64,000 nucleotides of DNA. Origin: Amoebidium appalachense (Eukaryota; Protista; Ichthyosporea). Numbering within the stretch: position 1 is the stretch's first letter; the number at the start of each line of letters is the position of its first letter. Position numbers and translations under genes: made by a program. A model generated the notes under the pieces. The model was not told where the DNA came from. It saw only the letters and a list, made by a program, of their open reading frames with translations, and ran no database searches. The stretch spans positions 186,001-250,000 of the forward strand of contig CAVNZM010000014.1 of NCBI GenBank assembly GCA_963693365.1. Reading direction: 5' to 3'. Positions 61,372-64,000 of the stretch are shown here, in pieces.

Positions 61372-62523
61372 CTAGTGGTCAAGCTCTTCCACAATGAAGT
61401 ATAGCGCCCCCTTCCCATCCACAAAGTTGCACCGTTTCACGGCGTCAAAAAACGCAACCACGTAGTTCGAATTGTCCTGGTTGTAATATGGGCCTAGAAC
61501 CTTTTTGATCGCCTCTGTGGCTTCCTCAGCATGATAGAACGGGATCGTAGAAAACAGGTGATGACACACGTGCGTGTTCACAATCTTGTGCGATTTGTAG
61601 TCCAAAAACTTGCCGAGTGTTCGGTCGATTGTGCAGAGCGCACCCCTCAACCACGTCCACTCATGAGCCTCGAAATGCGGCACGGTCGGGTGTGTGTGGT
61701 GAAGGAGGGTGACCGCGGTGAGATATGCGTTGTTGACTAGCCACGGCAAATAGTACATGTTCACCAAGGTGGCCCACCCATATTGCTGAGCCAGGAGGTA
61801 AAGAAAGTAGGTCCAGGCTACAATACCAAACGTCGAGAGGTTGATCTTCCAGCGATCACTGGGCTTGTAGATGGGTGCATTGGGGTCGAAGTGACTGACA
61901 AATATGCCCTTATTCCAGCCGGCACCACCCAGGTTGAACAGAAGATAGCACGGTAGGCCAAGCACCAGGATGACAAAAGACTTGACAGCCACCTCCCAGG
62001 AGCGTCTGATGGTTCGCTTTAACTTGCCATCCTTGTCGGGGGGAGGAAGCTTGGTGGGCACGAAGGGATCATCCAAATCCATGTGGTTGGTGTAGTGGTG
62101 GTGTTTGGCGTGAGACAGCTGCCATGAGAAGTAGGGCACATACAGGGCCGTGTGTAAGACATATCCGACCACATCGTTGAGTATTGGGTAGGCAGAAAAG
62201 GCACCGTGTCCTGCTTCATGGGCGATGATCCACAGGCCAAACATGGTGGTGCCTTGGTAGAACCAGTATGCAGCCCACAGAAGCCATTGGATAAGTGGCT
62301 GGCCGGAAAAGTATGAGTCGAGCTCGACTATTGCCCACGCACAGAAGATGAGTTCGGCAACATCAATGACGATGTGCGCAAACCCACGCAGGGCTGAGCG
62401 CTCAAAACAATGGGGTGGGATCGCATCCTTGAGCGTCTTTTTTGTGAATGGAGGCGGGTTTGTGTGTGTGCTCTGCGTGGCTGCGCCTTCCCGCGAAATA
62501 TGCGTAATGGGCTTACGACACAT
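61372..62523 (-). CDS. FAD2: Delta-12/omega-6-type membrane fatty acid desaturase, single exon
   Basis: PPFT..L.DAIPPHCFERS N-terminus, three His boxes (HEAGH, HAKHH, HVCHH), and WTWLRGALCTIDR and IPFYHAEEATEAIK. Confidence 0.93.
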   Translation of the reverse strand: MCRKPITHISREGAATQSTHTNPPPFTKKTLKDAIPPHCFERSALRGFAHIVIDVAELIFCAWAIVELDSYFSGQPLIQWLLWAAYWFYQGTTMFGLWIIAHEAGHGAFSAYPILNDVVGYVLHTALYVPYFSWQLSHAKHHHYTNHMDLDDPFVPTKLPPPDKDGKLKRTIRRSWEVAVKSFVILVLGLPCYLLFNLGGAGWNKGIFVSHFDPNAPIYKPSDRWKINLSTFGIVAWTYFLYLLAQQYGWATLVNMYYLPWLVNNAYLTAVTLLHHTHPTVPHFEAHEWTWLRGALCTIDRTLGKFLDYKSHKIVNTHVCHHLFSTIPFYHAEEATEAIKKVLGPYYNQDNSNYVVAFFDAVKRCNFVDGKGALYFIVEELDH

Positions 62524-63204
62524 GATGCTAGGGCCGTCTCTGACAGAATAGTTTGTGGTGTTTTTGTGAAAACAAATAGGTGCAAGTGCGAGTGTTCTGT
62601 AGAAAAAGACGAGACTACAGTAATGACTGATCCACGCAGTTGTTGGAGTATTTATAGGTGGTAAGAAGAAGGCAGATGATTGAATGTAACCGTTGCAATT
62701 TTATTCTCTGGAATTTCGTCGAGCAATTCTATTGGCGCGCTTGAATACGGAATGTTCTAAACCAATCAGCGACGGGATATACACATTTCTTGCATACCAC
62801 TTTCTTGGGCCGTCTCATCGGACACATTCCGGCCACCTACAGCACACTTTTGTTGCTGTAGAGACTAGAGACGCCGGGAGGCCTTGATTCGAACATAAAC
62901 AACAAAATTTATCTCCGTCCGTTTAAATATATTCTCATAAATATATTGATACTTTTCAGCTCTATACCATGCTATCGATACCCATGCATGGCAATGGTGC
63001 ACTGCAGACGAAAGTTTACCCCACATCACGGCCATCTGGTGTTTCTAGATGGTCGTGCCCCATATGCATGCAGTGCACGTGTCACCCACAGGATAATGTT
63101 AATACTTAGGTTCTCATGACGGTACACCTGCCCACATGACAATGTTGGATGCAGGGCTACCGTATGATAATCGTCATGACAGGATCCTGTAGTGTTTTAT
63201 ATCG

Positions 63205-63332
<128 letters not shown>

Positions 63333-63334
63333 CG

Positions 63335-64000
63335 CTAGAATTTTGTAGTGATGTGTTTCTCAAGCCAATCAATACATCTAATAAACAGGTCGTAGTTACG
63401 CGTGTTTAGTCACTAAAATCAAGGATGTTGTAATTTACAGGTTCTCAAGCCAATCAATACATCTAATAAACAGGTCGTAGTTACGCGTGTTTAGTCACCA
63501 AAATCAAGGATGTTGTAATTTACAGGTAGGCTATCTTTCTGGGTGTCTGTTGTGAATGTGACGTGTGTGTGTTGCGGTATTATGTGGTCTATCAAACTAC
63601 ATTTGGCGATACATGACCGTTTAAACTGGTGTGTGTGTGTGTTGTTTGGGCATGCAAACGATGCCACCTTATACTTAATATTAGATCTCCACTGTATAGC
63701 ACGTGTACAGCAAAGGGGTGGTAATTGATCAATAATGCCATCAGCTAGAGAAAGACCAGTTCTACAGGAAGGTAATATGTATTTGGGTGTTATACATTTG
63801 CGAGTGCCATATTTGGCAATATGGTTGAGGCGGTCATTATATATAAAACGAGACATAAGGCTTAGTTTTTCAAGGTGTCTGCTTTCATCGGGTCTGATGC
63901 TAGTGTCGTGTGGTATCTTTTTCCATTTGTTATATTGCGTGATTATCTTGTGATTGTGTACATGTTTAATAAGTAAGTGGCAGTCCAAAGTCACATGCAC
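63335..64000 (-). mobile_element. 3' end of a second, degenerate Penelope-like element ending in (CA)n; continues beyond the window
   Basis: ORF 63491-64000 has VTLDCHL..IITQYNK..SRF..IAKYG.RKC, collinear with PYLDLHI..TTIYNK..VRF..TAKYG..RKC of the 30150 ORF. Confidence 0.6.
63357..63526. repeat. Two tandem 85-bp units
   Basis: 63357-63441 and 63442-63526 differ at one position. Confidence 0.95.

Noticed and set aside
63357-63526. CRISPR-like array
   Set aside because: Only two adjacent units with no spacers and no cas genes, in eukaryotic DNA.

Overview
Eukaryotic, intron-rich DNA saturated with (CA)n, (CT)n and poly-C/poly-G tracts. The gene set suggests a unicellular holozoan such as an ichthyosporean, but this is inference. 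Most ORFs in the track are microsatellite artefacts. Host genes I could assemble by eye: the 3' part of a multi-exon RasGEF (+) with two intronic tRNA-Ala(TGC) genes, an intronless Fos/ATF3-like bZIP (-), a multi-exon homoserine kinase (-), a head-to-head PIAS/Siz-like SP-RING gene (+), a secreted Cys-rich probably GPI-anchored protein (-), a four-CH-domain protein with a C-terminal membrane anchor (+), and an intronless delta-12-type desaturase (-). Mobile DNA: a 259-bp foldback element with a 4-bp TSD, a full-length but mutated Ngaro-type tyrosine-recombinase retrotransposon (A1-ORFs-B1-A2-B2), a TTAA piggyBac-type MITE, and a Penelope-like element with an N-terminal GIY-YIG nuclease (Naiad/Chlamys architecture) plus several terminal-repeat fragments that all end in poly-C. 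The best novelty candidate is a ~150-nt conserved, apparently pseudoknotted RNA motif in the Penelope-like terminal repeat, where a hammerhead ribozyme would normally sit. Second is a probable spliceosomal intron needed to express the Ngaro recombinase.
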